A stretch of 34,705 nucleotides of DNA, from the sequence record SRR20825019_2818; one strand, given 5' to 3'. A program made the translations under genes and the position numbers. Under the pieces are notes generated by a model. The model was not told the origin of the DNA. It saw only the letters and a program-made list of their open reading frames with translations, and did no database searches. Position 1 is the first letter of the stretch, and each line of letters opens with the position of its first letter. This document shows, piece by piece, positions 1-11,589 of the stretch.

Positions 1-1064
1 CGACAAGGGAGGTGGCAATCGTGATGGACGTGGTGGTGGTGACGATAATGGGGGCAATAAGTTCAAAGGCCAACGCCCCGCTGGGAAGCCTGGGTTGTGG
101 GCGGCGCCCCGGACTGGGAGTCCTGAGTCCGGTCCTCGGGACCGGCAGGCATCGGCATTGATGACTCGAGTGATCAGGGGTACGACAGTACTGATGAATC
201 ATTAGATGGGACTGGCCGGATCGCCACGAGGCATCATCACCGGCGACGGGGAGCTCCCGGGAGCTCCGGCAGCCGGTGCCCGCGGATCCCGGACGACCGG
301 ACTGCCGGTCGCGTCGCGGTCACCGCGGGACCGCGGGGGGCCTCACCCGGCCACTGTCGAGCGGACCGACCAGTCCTGACTCAGCAGTCCGGGCACCGAG
401 TACGGGCCGGGGCGTGCATCGGATGCACTTATCCGTGGGTGGGGCCGGGGGGTCGGTGACACGGAACGGCGGCAGGCATCGCGCCGGCATCGCAGGGATC
501 CCGCCGCAGGCGTTCCGGCCGGTGCAGTCACGGGCGGTCTCATCAGTCACACTCAACCTCGCGGCCACCATCCTGACAGACCCCTTCCCTTGGCCCCGGC
601 CGGGCCCACCTGGCCGCAAGTTGACTTCACCTCCTCCCCACGCCCCCCCAGGCGCCCGTCGCGGCCATACAGCGAGCCCCAACTCCCGGCCACCAGATCC
701 CAGAAGCACCTGGCATACCACTAGGAGGTAGGCCCACCGGTCGGTAAAGAAGTACACGAGATTTCTGCCATCACGCCCTGGCCGCGTACATCGTGTTCCA
801 AACTCAGATGTGTCCCTACCTAACTGCTTTATCGTTGCTGACTGAGATTGTGTCGAATCAACGGGTAGCACCCCGGAATAACTATGGAGCCTGGTGACGA
901 CTTCATCAGGCCAGCCCGCTTACTAGCCTAGCAGAGTCCTCACCAATCGGCTAGCCCGCTGCGAAAAAGTCAACTAACTTGAGGGAATATCACAAAATGC
1001 GACCACAAAAATAACCTTACTGCGTGGCTATAGGTGCCTTCTGTAAATTATTGCTGACAAAGCG

Positions 1065-2104
1065 TCATCCATAGAATGACGGAACTTGCAACGAGATCCC
1101 ACTATCCCGGACGCTTAACCCTAGCAAGAATGGGATAGCTTGCTCTGCCCAGTCCTCCGGGGCCTGGAAACTATTTATACAAGAGATCTTTAGCCATACC
1201 ACTACCTAGTTACAACCCACAACTTACTGGTCAGCTAAGTCATGGGCGTCCGCATTCACACGAAGCATGTCGGTGTTGATGTGCATCCCAGGAACGACAG
1301 GAACTGCCGCCATGTTAGAGGGTAGCTCTGATGATAACTCATTAGGTGAAGTGCACACAAATTGCAACAAAGCCAAGATCACCTGCTGCCAGAGACTTGG
1401 TCATTCCTTCAATGGCCCACTTCGAAGCACTGTAGGCCCCAACGTTACTCGCTGCAACTCGACCTGCGTGCCGGTCCCTCTAAGTTATATTGTGGCACGA
1501 TCGACACCATCACTACACACCGAAAGTACTGGAAAAGTTAATCACAACACCCTTGTTGACTTCCACCATGGGAGGGACGAAATGACGAATCACATTCGCT
1601 ACTCCAGCCACGTTCACATCCATAACTCTGTCGAACTTGGCCACAGTCAATACTGGCACTATTATAGCTCCACCTTACAATACCTCCTTGGCAGATATTT
1701 CCCAAAGCGGCTTCTCCGGGTTAATGACAGCAGCCTGCAAGTATGCAGATTAGCAGGGCACTGCAACTACCATTCGCACGCACATTGTTGATAACATAGT
1801 CCGGAGTCCTTCCATCAGATAAGAGAAGAGTTTCTGCTGCCCACTCCTTCACCTGGTCATTCTTGGTGACGTCTACGCACTTCGCAAGAGTCAGCACACC
1901 TGTAGAACACAAAAGACTTCTCCAACTGGGTCATACCGCAAAATTGTGAGGGCCTGGATATTCTTTCGCCAAGTCAGAGAGCATGCTGGTGTTCAATCCA
2001 CAGCCGTAAACAATGTGACCACGCTTGGCCAATCCATGAGTCATAGCCAGGCCGAGGCCACGAGTACATCCCGTGAGGACGACTAGTTTCTGCCTTAGTG
2101 ACAT
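1065..2104 (-). CDS. Short-chain dehydrogenase/reductase resembling NADPH-dependent pterin aldehyde reductase (folate salvage; At1g10310-like); 7 exons
   Basis: Hand-spliced over 6 GT-AG introns: MSLRQKLVVLTGCTRGLGLAM (TGxxxGxG), PDYVINNAAVIN, FDRVMDVNVAGVANVIRHFVPPM, GVVINFSSTFGR, AYSASKWAIEGMTKSLA (YxxxK), HFQAPEDWAEQA, stop TGA at 1065-1067. Largely missed by the ORF track because of the introns. Confidence 0.85.
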
Positions 2105-2159
2105 TTTGTTTCGTTGTCGGAAATGGGGTGCAACCTGTATTTCAGTAGGTACATGAGTG

Positions 2160-3500
2160 CAACTGGAGCACTGGGGGAGGGTGGGCCACAGCAGTCTTGG
2201 TCAAACGGCTCGCGGTATGCTGGGGGCTCTGTGTCGGCCGGCACTGGGGGTCCGGGGAACTCCCCGGCCGGGCAGGCGCGGACGGATCAATTCAGACGAA
2301 TCAGGATGCCGGGCCCGGGTCGCCGCGCGCGCGCGGGGGGGGTGCCGGTCAGTGGACTGGACTGGGGGCCGTCCCCGACCGCCGCCCCACGTCCGGCCCC
2401 GTTGGGGGACCGGGCCGTCCACCGGGACTGACTGGGTGCCGGCAGCGGGCGCCGGGGGCCTGGCCGCGGCGGCCGAGCCGGAGCAGCCCGGGCCGGGGCC
2501 CTGCGGGCTCGGCCACCCCCGCCCCCGGCTGCGGGCCGGCCGGGGCCACGGCCGGGCGGGTCAGTGGGGCCGGCGGCCCCCCGGGGCGCAGTGAGCTGGC
2601 GGCCCCACTGGCCACCGCGACCCACTGGCAACTGACTTCCCGCACTCGCAGCGCCGCGGGCGGTCGCCCCGGTCCGCTGACCGTGTGAGCCAGGCACCGG
2701 CTCGGGTCAGGCTTACTAGCCGCTGACTTGGGCCGGGGAGGGCGTCCGGGGCGGTCCGTGCCGCCCGGGCGCGGCCCGGCGGCCCAACCAACCTTCAGCC
2801 CAGGCGGGCCCAGCGGCCGGCCCGGGCCTCGGCCTCGTCACGTTGGCTCTGCCGCACTCGGCACTGCTGGTATACCGCCTCGGAACCAGGCACTGACTGC
2901 TGAGCCGTCGTGGTAGGCCTCCTCGGCAGAGATGACGGGGGCGCGGAGGAGAGCACGAAGTGGATACAGGAATAGCGGTAGGGGCGGGGCCGGGGCAGCC
3001 GTCGGGGCCCGGCCGAGCCCGCGGCCCGCGCGCCGCGGGCCCGACTCGAGTCGCGGGGCTCATCAGGGAGGCTGCCGGAATTGATGAGGCCGGGGAGGGC
3101 GACCGGACGGCGGGGATCGACGGAGGCGGTGGGCGTGCGGCGGGGCGGGGGCGCGCCGCCGGGCCTCGGCTCGCTCGACCGCCGGCCCGGGGGCGGGTCG
3201 GTCGGGCCGCCGGCCCCCGCGGCCGTCGAGTCGGAGTCAGTGGCCAGGCCGGACGGCCCGCGGCCGGGCCGGGCCCCGCCCGCGGCGGCCGCCGCGGCCC
3301 CGCGGGTCGGATCCACGCCGTCAACTCCGCTCCGAAGCGGGCACGACCCCGAGGCAGCCAGCGGCCTGCGGCGGCGGGGCGGTGGTTGCACTGGCCGGGG
3401 CCCGCCGGCCGGTTGGTAACTGCACTGGTGCAGCAGGTTCGGTCCTGACTTTGGACAGAGTGCGTCCGTCCTTCAGCGCCTGAGTTTTGCACTGCTGCCT
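2160..3500. promoter_or_regulatory. GC-rich spacer / putative bidirectional promoter between divergent genes
   Basis: Very GC-rich, dense in CCGG/GGCC/CGCG; lies between the SDR ATG (2104, -) and the next gene's ATG (about 3606, +). Confidence 0.5.
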
Positions 3501-3605
3501 AGTCTGCGTTGGCCGTGCGCCACCTTGTCGTTGTGAGAATGTTCACTACCGCGCGCTACACTGTGGCATTTCTGCCATAAAGCAGTGACTATACTATTGC
3601 CCCTA

Positions 3606-4509
3606 ATGGCGAGGTCCAACGACCTATTCACTAACATGTTGAGTGCTGTTCCTCGTGGAGGAACAGCAAGCAGACAGTTCAGGTGTCAAGTCCTGGGCAT
3701 TATTCCTCTTCTCCCCAAAGTCATGCTCAACAAACTTTCGGGGCGCTATATGTCCACTGCAAGTGACCGGAAATTAATCGTTGACCAGGTTATCAAGAGC
3801 ACTCCACAGTGGGAAAGGTACAGCTTCGAGAAAATACGCCCTTCTATGATTGCTCGCTTGTTCCAAACCGGCAAGAAGAGTACTATACCAGATAATTTGC
3901 TTTTTCGATTCCGAAATCCAGTTCGCTACCTTTTTGGTCATAAGGACGGAATCGATGTTTGTATGAAAAGTGCTAGTGATGAAAATAGCGATGAGAGGCG
4001 TATAGAAGTGTCATGGTGGTTATATAAGCAGTCCTTTGATATCCAGAGAAACAATACCACGGGATGGACAGGCTTAGAAGCACCAGTGAAGTTGTTGTTG
4101 GATGTAATGAACGAGGAGAAAGCCATAGTTGTTGAGGTCGACGTTGAGAAGGCTGAAAGAATGAAAGGCAATGGGGAACTGAACAAGGAAACTGCATATG
4201 ATGCATTGAAGCGTTGCTACACCATCAAAGCGGGAACTGAACCAGAAGTGCCCCAGGATGTAAGGGTCCTTGTGCGAAGTTGGCGCTCAACTCATGATGC
4301 ACAATATCAATGGGTCATGGGAGAAGGAGAGGGTCCATGATTTCGCCGTATGTGTTGACTCCGATCTTGTGTGTGAAGAGTTTATGTACAGGTTTGCTCG
4401 AAAGTGTCAAAGTAAGAAGGGACTTCTACTTCGAACCCGCGCTCAAAACATTCGTGTCTCCTTCCCTGTAAACGCAGACAATATTCAGTCAGTACTGCTA
4501 AAAACATGA
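3606..4509 (+). CDS. Uncharacterized protein, possibly mitochondrial
   Basis: Open frame 3585-4340 with ordinary protein composition; first ATG at 3606. N-terminal region is Arg-rich and acid-poor, ending RYMST. A phase-0 donor GTAAGG at 4260 with an acceptor at 4323 or 4326 would join in frame to ...VHDFAVC...VLLKT* (stop 4509); without it the gene ends at 4340. Confidence 0.6.
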
Positions 4510-4569
4510 ATGGACGAAATATGACTCCACACGTCCGCTCTTTAGTCGGTTAGCATAACTCAGTAGTAC

Positions 4570-5141
4570 TTACTTGTATTTCTTATGGAGCACCCTTTTG
4601 TACTCCTCTTGATTATCCCACAAAACCGCCGCGAACCCGTTCAGGGGAGAGTCGTTGTTTGGCTCACCCAAAAGACTCTGCAAAGAGAGCAAAATAGTCT
4701 TGACATCATACAAAGCGGACCAGTGTTCTTTCAAGATATCCAAGCAAATGTTCCCGTATTGATCCACATTAGGGTGGAAGCATGGAGTCTCAAACTTCAC
4801 AGTTGGTGCTTGATAAGGGTAGCTTTGAGGGAACTTCAAAGAAAGCTTATACGTCAAACCCTCATACACTGTATTCTTGGCTCCCTCGATAGTCCCCACC
4901 CAGCAGAAGAGGTTATCTCCCTCCGGAAAGGCCGAAATGCCCTGTACCATAGCCTTCTACTCGACAAGAACATTAGCAAGCGCAAAAATCGAAGAGTTTG
5001 TTCAGGCAATACCATCAAAGTCATAAGCTCCTGTTGCAAGCGCTTTGTAACAGAGTGACCGTCAGGAACAGGGACGCCCTTTGCATCACTGCCAGCCTTA
5101 GCACCTTCTGAAGGTGCAGGAAGAGAAGTTTGCGTATTCAT
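4570..5141 (-). CDS. UBE2C: Ubiquitin-conjugating enzyme E2 C (UbcH10 / APC/C E2)
   Basis: [14 protein letters not shown], intron 4957-5012, then [23 protein letters not shown]...[26 protein letters not shown]...[12 protein letters not shown] motif, catalytic Cys and the N-terminal extension typical of UBE2C. Confidence 0.95.
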
Positions 5142-5399
5142 CTCTAAATATATGAACAGACAGTATGAAAGCTTGAAAATTTCTTGTTTTATTTGTAGTG
5201 TCACTTGCAAACTCTAGTAAGATACTATGGTGGCCGGAAGCCATCGAGTTTGCCAAGAATGACGAAACCACCTGGAACGAGGTGACAAGACGTCGAGAAC
5301 TCTCAAATGGGAGTTGACAAAGACATGGTGGCACAGGCTCATGGATGCCTTATCCAAAGCAGCAGTGCCATAGCGGCACCGTACCGTTGCAGCAGGCGA

Positions 5400-6120
5400 C
5401 TTCGGTCGTGTCGGGCCACAAGCACTGTCAGTATCGGTTTGCGCGCGCTCCCCGACTCGAGCGCACCGCCGAACGGCTCAGTCCAGCCAGTCGCCGGCGG
5501 CAGTGCCGACCGGCCGCCTGAGTCAGTCAGGCGGGTACAGCACCCGCGGTCACTCGAGCGGGTCGGCACGGTGGCGGAAGGGCTGTGGGGACGGTCACGA
5601 GCGGCGGCCGCCGACAGCACGGCTGGGGGGTGGTCGGGGAGTGTACGCCCGGTGTGACGCAGCCCACGCCTTATCCGCTCACCGTTTCAGGGCTAGCCGG
5701 CTTCGCATTGATTGCGCTCCTCCTCGCTCGCTTCGTCAATCCCGGCGGTCAATGGGCCAGCTGGCCGGCGGGCCGTCGTCAGTCAGGTAGCTCTGTAACG
5801 TTCACAGGATTGCCTTTGAGAATTGAGCTACCCTCTAATGAATTTATATCCCGATTGGGGGCCATTATAACAGAGGGCATCGGACTGAGGACCCTTGACC
5901 GGCCCTGGGCCGGTCAACTCATCACTGCCCGCGCGGGATGCCCGCGGATCAGGAGTCACTCACTGATGATTGACATGACGTTCAGCCACCCCCCTGATGG
6001 GGGAAGCGGCACGCAGTGCGGCACGGGAGCGGCAGTGGTCTTGCGGGCGCGCGGTTGACTGACGTGCAAACAACACCAGACAAGCTGAGGGCCGCGTGCC
6101 AAAATAGAACTCGGCTGTCC
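5400..6120. promoter_or_regulatory. GC-rich spacer / putative bidirectional promoter (UBE2C and PECR)
   Basis: GC-rich stretch between divergent ATGs at 5141 (-) and 6184 (+); TGAGTCA at 5519-5525. Confidence 0.45.
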
Positions 6121-6183
6121 AGGAGCCCGACCCAGAGTCTTAAGTGCCCCTTACCTTCCACGAATGAAAGTGCAAGAAATAGC

Positions 6184-7285
6184 ATGTCTCTATCTTCAGT
6201 ATTTCGACCTGGATTATTTTCAGGAAAAGTCGCGCTGGTTTCTGGAGGTGGAAGTGGGATTGGGTTAAGAACCGCTCGTGAACTCAGAGCTCTTGGCGCA
6301 AATGTCATGATTGCTGCTAGGAATGCAGACCGTCTACAGCAGGCCGCAAATTATATCAATAGCGTGGACGAGCCTGGTTTTTCCCCGCTTGGCCGAGTTG
6401 AATATGTTCGGTGTAATATAAGAGAAGAAGAAAGCGTCATCGCTGCTGTACGTGCAACGGTTGAGAAGTTCGGAAGACTAGACTACCTAGTGAACAATGC
6501 CGGGGGCCAATTCCCTTCTCCTGCAGACTCCATTTCAGCAAAGGTTAGACCTCGCACTGTTTCAACAACTAGAGCTTATGTTGTCTCAAGGGATTTCGGG
6601 CTGTAATAGATACGAACCTGACGGGGACGTTTCTAGCGTCAAAAGCCGCTTTCAATGAAGTTTTTCAGGATTGTGGCCATGGAGTCATCGTCAATGTTAT
6701 CGCGAATATGTGGAACGGTTGGGTGGGTGTGCTTGCTCGCTTTCCAGTCACTCACACTTGTAGCAGGATTCCCCAACATGAGTCACACAGGTGCGGCGAG
6801 GAGTGGGTATGTGTTGACATGACGCTACGACAGTGCAGCCTTCATTTAAGTAATGTTCCACAGCGTCGAGAACCTAACAAAGTCTTTGTCAACTGAATGG
6901 GGTCGCTACGGCGTGCGTGTGAATAGCGTTGCCCCAGGTCCCATCCACAGCAGGTTGGTTTGGCTTCTCATGTGAATGCTATCATGTTTTCTAAGAGTAT
7001 CTTAGTGGTATTGCTACGTACCCTGAGGCAACCCAAAACCACTTCTTGAACGAAGTTCCAAAGATGAATCAGGCATCACGTCTAGGTACTGAAGAAGAGG
7101 TCGCCAGCGCAATCATTTATTTGCTGAGTCCTGCGGCACAATTCATTACTGGAGAAACTCTGAAGGTTGACGGAGGAGAGAGTATCTACCACCCGTACAT
7201 GCCGCCGGAGGGCAGCATCGACAAACCATGGCCAGCGCATAAGGATAGCAAAGAGCCGAACCATGGCATTAAGTCAAGTTTGTAG
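6184..7285 (+). CDS. PECR: Peroxisomal trans-2-enoyl-CoA reductase-like SDR; 5 exons
   Basis: SVFRPGLFSGKVALVSGGGSGIG, LVNNAGGQFPSPA, spliced GFPNMSHTGAARSGVENLTKSLSTEW (His/Arg in place of YxxxK, as in the PECR/AtuB group), FITGETLKVDGG; C-terminal KSSL* is a PTS1 variant. First intron 6544-6590. Confidence 0.85.
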
Positions 7286-7403
7286 GACTCCATTCATGAG
7301 CCTGAGAGACTCCTGCAAATCCGCAACAGCCGCGTGAATATCGAGACCGACCCATCGTTGGTCACAATACCGCATCAATCACCACTAGGGATCCGTTCGC
7401 TCC

Positions 7404-8705
7404 TCAGTAAAACACATCTTCGTTCATCACGCATTTCCCTGACAGGGAAACAACTTCAGGATCATCATTGACGATGCACTGAAGCATGACGTTGAAAAGG
7501 TTCTTTGCACTTGGCGCCATGTCATAAAGGATGAGAAGTTTCTTCAGGTGGGGAAGCATCATTGCATTCAATTCCGTATGGTACTCCAACGGCTGGTCGT
7601 AATTCCTCTTCTTGGACTCCTCGAGAGCCTTCCTGGTGTCAGAGCTCTCCAGGAAGTCCAAAATCTTGGCCAATCCATCAGTCATCACATTAACAGGAAC
7701 CACCACCTCCTTGGTGGGCTCATGATCGAAGACACCATGGAACGAACAGTCCAACTGAAAGAGTAGCATCCTGAACTCCGCATCGTTCCACAGGTGATCC
7801 CTGTAATAATCCACGAAGGCCTTATGGTTACGCCACCACTCCCGCGCTGAAGTTGCGGGCATTACCTCAAAACCATGCTCCCTATTAACTTGTTCCTTCC
7901 ACATCGCCTTCAACCTTGACTGCTGATCGACAAAGGCACCCAAGTCCTTGCCACTAACTTTGTAAGCGAGCTCAACCATTTTCTGCCTCTCGGGCGCACT
8001 CAACAAATGAATATACCCCTTCATGACAGACCTCATAAGATCAGGTGTGAGTGTGACCTCCCACAGCTGTCGGAGCTTAGTCGCCAGCGGCCTCGCAACA
8101 TTACTGCAGAGAGAATTCTTTCTGTTGTTCCTGGAAGCCGAAGCCTTTCTCTGAGTGGTGCTTCCTGTGCGGGACGTACTTTTGGTTACAGCTCGGGGCC
8201 TTGGTACACTTTCAGACTCCTTCACATTTTCCAGTTGCTCAGTGGCTGGGCGTTTAACTGACTGCCTTGGCTTCGAAGCCAACCTAGGAGGCATCATCAT
8301 TTGGAATACGGGCGGTGCTGGCAAGATGAAGTCCTGCTCACCCAACGGAGCTGAAGAGGGTGGCTCGAAAGGTAGGGTCGAGGAAGACGCAGATGGGAGA
8401 TACAAACAGCCGTTCATCGCCGGCTCTTGGCAGCTAACAGAGGGATCTTCATACGCCTGCAGATCACGGGCATTGGAAGGCATGTACAGGCAGCCGTTCA
8501 TACACTCCTCCTCGTTCTGGGTATCGTTGCTATTATCGTTCAGCCCAGAAAGCATATCAACAAACGACTGTGTGTCGGACGCAAGGGGCTCGCTAGATTC
8601 ATAATTCTTTCCAAACGATTCCGAGTTCCAATCGTCATCCCACGCACTTTTCTCACAGTGACCTGGGACAGGAACCGCAACACATTTGAACCAGTCTTCT
8701 GCCAT
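7404..8705 (-). CDS. Intronless uncharacterized protein (acidic/Pro-rich N-terminal half, basic linker, helical C-terminal domain)
   Basis: Long stop-free frame 7404-8867; first ATG (MAEDWF) at 8705 with a TATA-like TTTAAATATA about 50 bp upstream on the minus strand. No family recognised. Confidence 0.75.
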   Translation of the reverse strand: MAEDWFKCVAVPVPGHCEKSAWDDDWNSESFGKNYESSEPLASDTQSFVDMLSGLNDNSNDTQNEEECMNGCLYMPSNARDLQAYEDPSVSCQEPAMNGCLYLPSASSSTLPFEPPSSAPLGEQDFILPAPPVFQMMMPPRLASKPRQSVKRPATEQLENVKESESVPRPRAVTKSTSRTGSTTQRKASASRNNRKNSLCSNVARPLATKLRQLWEVTLTPDLMRSVMKGYIHLLSAPERQKMVELAYKVSGKDLGAFVDQQSRLKAMWKEQVNREHGFEVMPATSAREWWRNHKAFVDYYRDHLWNDAEFRMLLFQLDCSFHGVFDHEPTKEVVVPVNVMTDGLAKILDFLESSDTRKALEESKKRNYDQPLEYHTELNAMMLPHLKKLLILYDMAPSAKNLFNVMLQCIVNDDPEVVSLSGKCVMNEDVFY

Positions 8706-9676
8706 ATTCTTTGACACCCCGAACACAGCGATTATTGGCCATGGAACTCCTCTGCATATATTTAAAGGCGTGCAGAGCCTCACACGCTCTAAAATTATTG
8801 AGCTACAGGGAGCAGACTGAGGGCACAAAACTGTGACGATCAAAAGGCATGTCAGCCAGGTGACCATCCACGCAGGTTGGCCGCCACAACAGAGTGCACG
8901 AGTCAGTGCTGTCGCCCATGACGCCCTCGCCAGACTCGGGAGTCGCCGGGATTTTTCGCCTGGGCCGGGCCGGCTTCAGCCCACCGGCTGTCGTAGGGGC
9001 GGGCGTGAGCCGCTGACGAGACAACGTTCCGAGTGATCCGGCCGGCGCCGGTCTGGGTTGAAGCCTTCTTGGGATCCTGACTGGTCGAATGCGCGCCCAC
9101 GCCACGACGCAAATGCCACCGGACCTTGGCTGACCCAATCGTGCCGAACAAGGGGACAAATGAACACCGCGTGCCCGAAATTGGCGCCGAGTTCAATTAT
9201 CGACCTGTCCAACCGCTCCAGGTGGCTACCCTCATTTTGTACCCAAACCGTGTTTTCATAATTGACACATGTATTGAATGGCCTCTTGACACCGATTCAC
9301 TGTTCACAAAAACAGAGCCCACCGAACGGAATGTTACACGACAGCCACGACTATTAGGCCATGCTCGCCAGTATGCTCGCCTGGCCTCCATAGCGTCCCG
9401 GTGCCCGGGGTGAGGCCGGCCGCGCCGCTGTCGACTCCCTGGCCCGTGCGCCTAGGCGGAACTCCACCACTCATGATTTTGGTAAGACAGGCTTCATTTC
9501 AACAGAAACTAAGAAGCCGGTCGGTTGCGAGGACATGATGTGGCGACCAAAGGGGTGTGTAGATTCTGGTCGTACTTAGTGCTGCATAGGATGCCAGGTT
9601 CTCGTACGGTCAGAACGTTGCTTCCTGTTCTTCCCTCAATCTGGCAGCATCCTGCGTGAGCAATCGAAACTCGTCC

Positions 9677-11493
9677 CTAGAGCCTGCCGCCAAATCTATC
9701 AACAGATTGCCATGAAGCAATTATGGCAGAGTAGCTGTCTCCACATGAAATCTCTAATGTCCTCTTGTCTCCTAATGATGGGACACGCGCTGGAAGTTCA
9801 CTGTCCTCACATTAGTACAGTATTTCAAATATTGGGAATCCCTGCTAGATTGTACTCACTGGTCTTTGCCCCCATCGTTCAATCCGAGTTGCCCAAAATC
9901 ACCAAATCCTGCTGAAAAAACTGTCCCTTGCTCCGTCAGAAAGAGAGTGTGTGTTCCTCCACAAGCCACCTGGTCACGAGAGATTAGATACTGGAATAGA
10001 TATAATGCAATATGGAAATTCAACCTGAGAAATCCTCACATTCTCCAATGATTCAACGAGGGTAGGTAGATCCCTCGATTCGCGGTCACCGTGGCCCAGC
10101 TGTCCATACGGGTTTGCACCCCAGGTATACACAAGGTTCGCTTTTGTCAATGCCGCGCAATGGTCTTTGAATGCAGAGATTTGCACTACGGGGTCGCCTG
10201 ATCCATCCGCAAAGAATGGAATTTCCTCTGGCTTCATCCACACCAGCTCCATTTCATTCCCCAAGCGGCCATCAGCACCAGTACCCCATGCCAATACTTC
10301 ACCAGTCTCCAGAAGCGCCATCATATGCCTTTGTGCACACACCAGTTGACAAACGCCCTGGGCTGTAATTAGTCTTGACGTCATTGATAGGTCAGACAAT
10401 ATCAAATACCATTCTCTCCAAACCCTCAACCATTTGAGGCGAAGATCGACTGAGTGTATCATAGTGGCCAAGCTGACCGTCTGATCCCTTCCCCCAAGTG
10501 TAAACCTCGCCAAATGCACTTAGCACGGCTGTATAGTGATTTGAACATGCCACTTGGACAATTCGAGTTCTCTCTATAGTGTTAGTGACTCGGGTCGGTT
10601 CCATCTGCATAGATATATTAGAAGATACCACCACATCCACACCGGAAATCGCAATTACCTTGTCATACCAGTCACCGTGACCAAGCGCTCCATATTTCCC
10701 CTGGCCACAGGTATACACATCTCCAAGAACTGATGAGTCGTTAGCAGACGAAGTCATGCCGAGGCATCGCATAACTCACAAGACAAAAACACTGTGTGTG
10801 AACTGCCACACACAGTTTGACGAATCGATATCCTTTGCAGAGATGCCAGGTTTTTGGGATAATCAAAGCTTTCCATCCCAGTATGACCTAACTGATCATA
10901 GTAACCCCACCCCCACGTAAGGCATTCTCCTTGATCTGCTCAGAGATTAGTGACCTATCAACAACAGCAATGTGTCGATCTTACGCGTAACAAGCGCAGA
11001 GTGCAAGTAACCCAACGATATCTGTCTAATGTAGAGACCATCGAGACGAGTGACTCTAGTGGGGGCAGTTCGACTGATTTGATCTCCAAGTCCAAGTTGG
11101 CCATACGAGCCATGGCCGAACATGTACACTTGGCTTGTAGCTACAAAAGAGTTATTGAGCTCAGACACAATACGGTAGTCGCATACCAATATCAATAAAC
11201 TGTTGCTTCCATGAAACCTTTCTGTCCTCTGCCTCGCTTTCGCCTACTTTGAAACCGTGCGACATGACGTGCTCCCTCCACAAAGAATCCAGCTTTGTTA
11301 AGTGACTCCAACTTTTGCTGTGAAAAAAGGATGTCAAAACGAAGGGGATACCGTTCATCATGAGGTGGCCCTACCAGACTGTGGAGACGTTACACAAGTC
11401 ATGCGGGCTCAAAAATGCCAAGATGTACACCAAAACTTTATCCGGCACATACTGAAAATAGTTTGGCTTTCGGGGTTCCCTCAAATCAACCAT
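9677..11493 (-). CDS. F-box protein with seven RCC1 repeats; 9 exons
   Basis: F-box: YFQYVPDKVLVYILAFLSPHDLCNVSTVCKSWSHLTKLDSLW. Seven RCC1 blades starting QVYMFGHGSYGQLG, GECLTWG, GDVYTCGQGKYGALG, GEVYTWGKGSDGQLG, GEVLAWGTGADGRLG, NLVYTWGANPYGQLG, GTVFSAGFGDFGQLG. Eight GT-AG introns keep the frame; ends FGGRL*. Confidence 0.88.
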
Positions 11494-11589
11494 AGTTAAA
11501 GACAACAAGCCCCGCGCAGGGTTTTACAGGCGAATCGCAATGATATAAGTTCCACACAGTGGTGGTGGTTCTGTTCAGTCTAGTAGAGG

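Noticed and set aside
1-204. Gly-rich open frame at the window start (DKGGGNRDGRGGGDDNGGNKFKGQRP...)
   Set aside because: Truncated by the window edge and running into a GC island; could be a gene tail or a retroelement fragment but cannot be supported.
730-995. Possible solo LTR ending in TATCACA
   Set aside because: No second copy, primer-binding site, polypurine tract or target-site duplication identified.
2114-3492. Many overlapping 100-260 aa Pro/Gly/Arg/Ala-rich ORFs here and in the other GC islands
   Set aside because: They are open in several frames on both strands because stop codons are rare at extreme GC; no domain motifs, and composition is unlike the real genes.
5241-5310. Weak inverted similarity to 9189-9252 (shared TCCAGGTGG...TCATT...CAAAC)
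   Set aside because: Needs many gaps and the exact core is only 9 bp; not distinguishable from chance without a genome-wide search.
5786-5838. 8-bp hairpin GGTAGCTC/GAGCTACC and a 14-mer shared with the SDR gene
   Set aside because: Matches of this length are expected by chance in 35 kb; no ncRNA features.
9677-11200. UVR8 photoreceptor
   Set aside because: The RCC1 propeller lacks the GWRHT tryptophan triad and is fused to an F-box.
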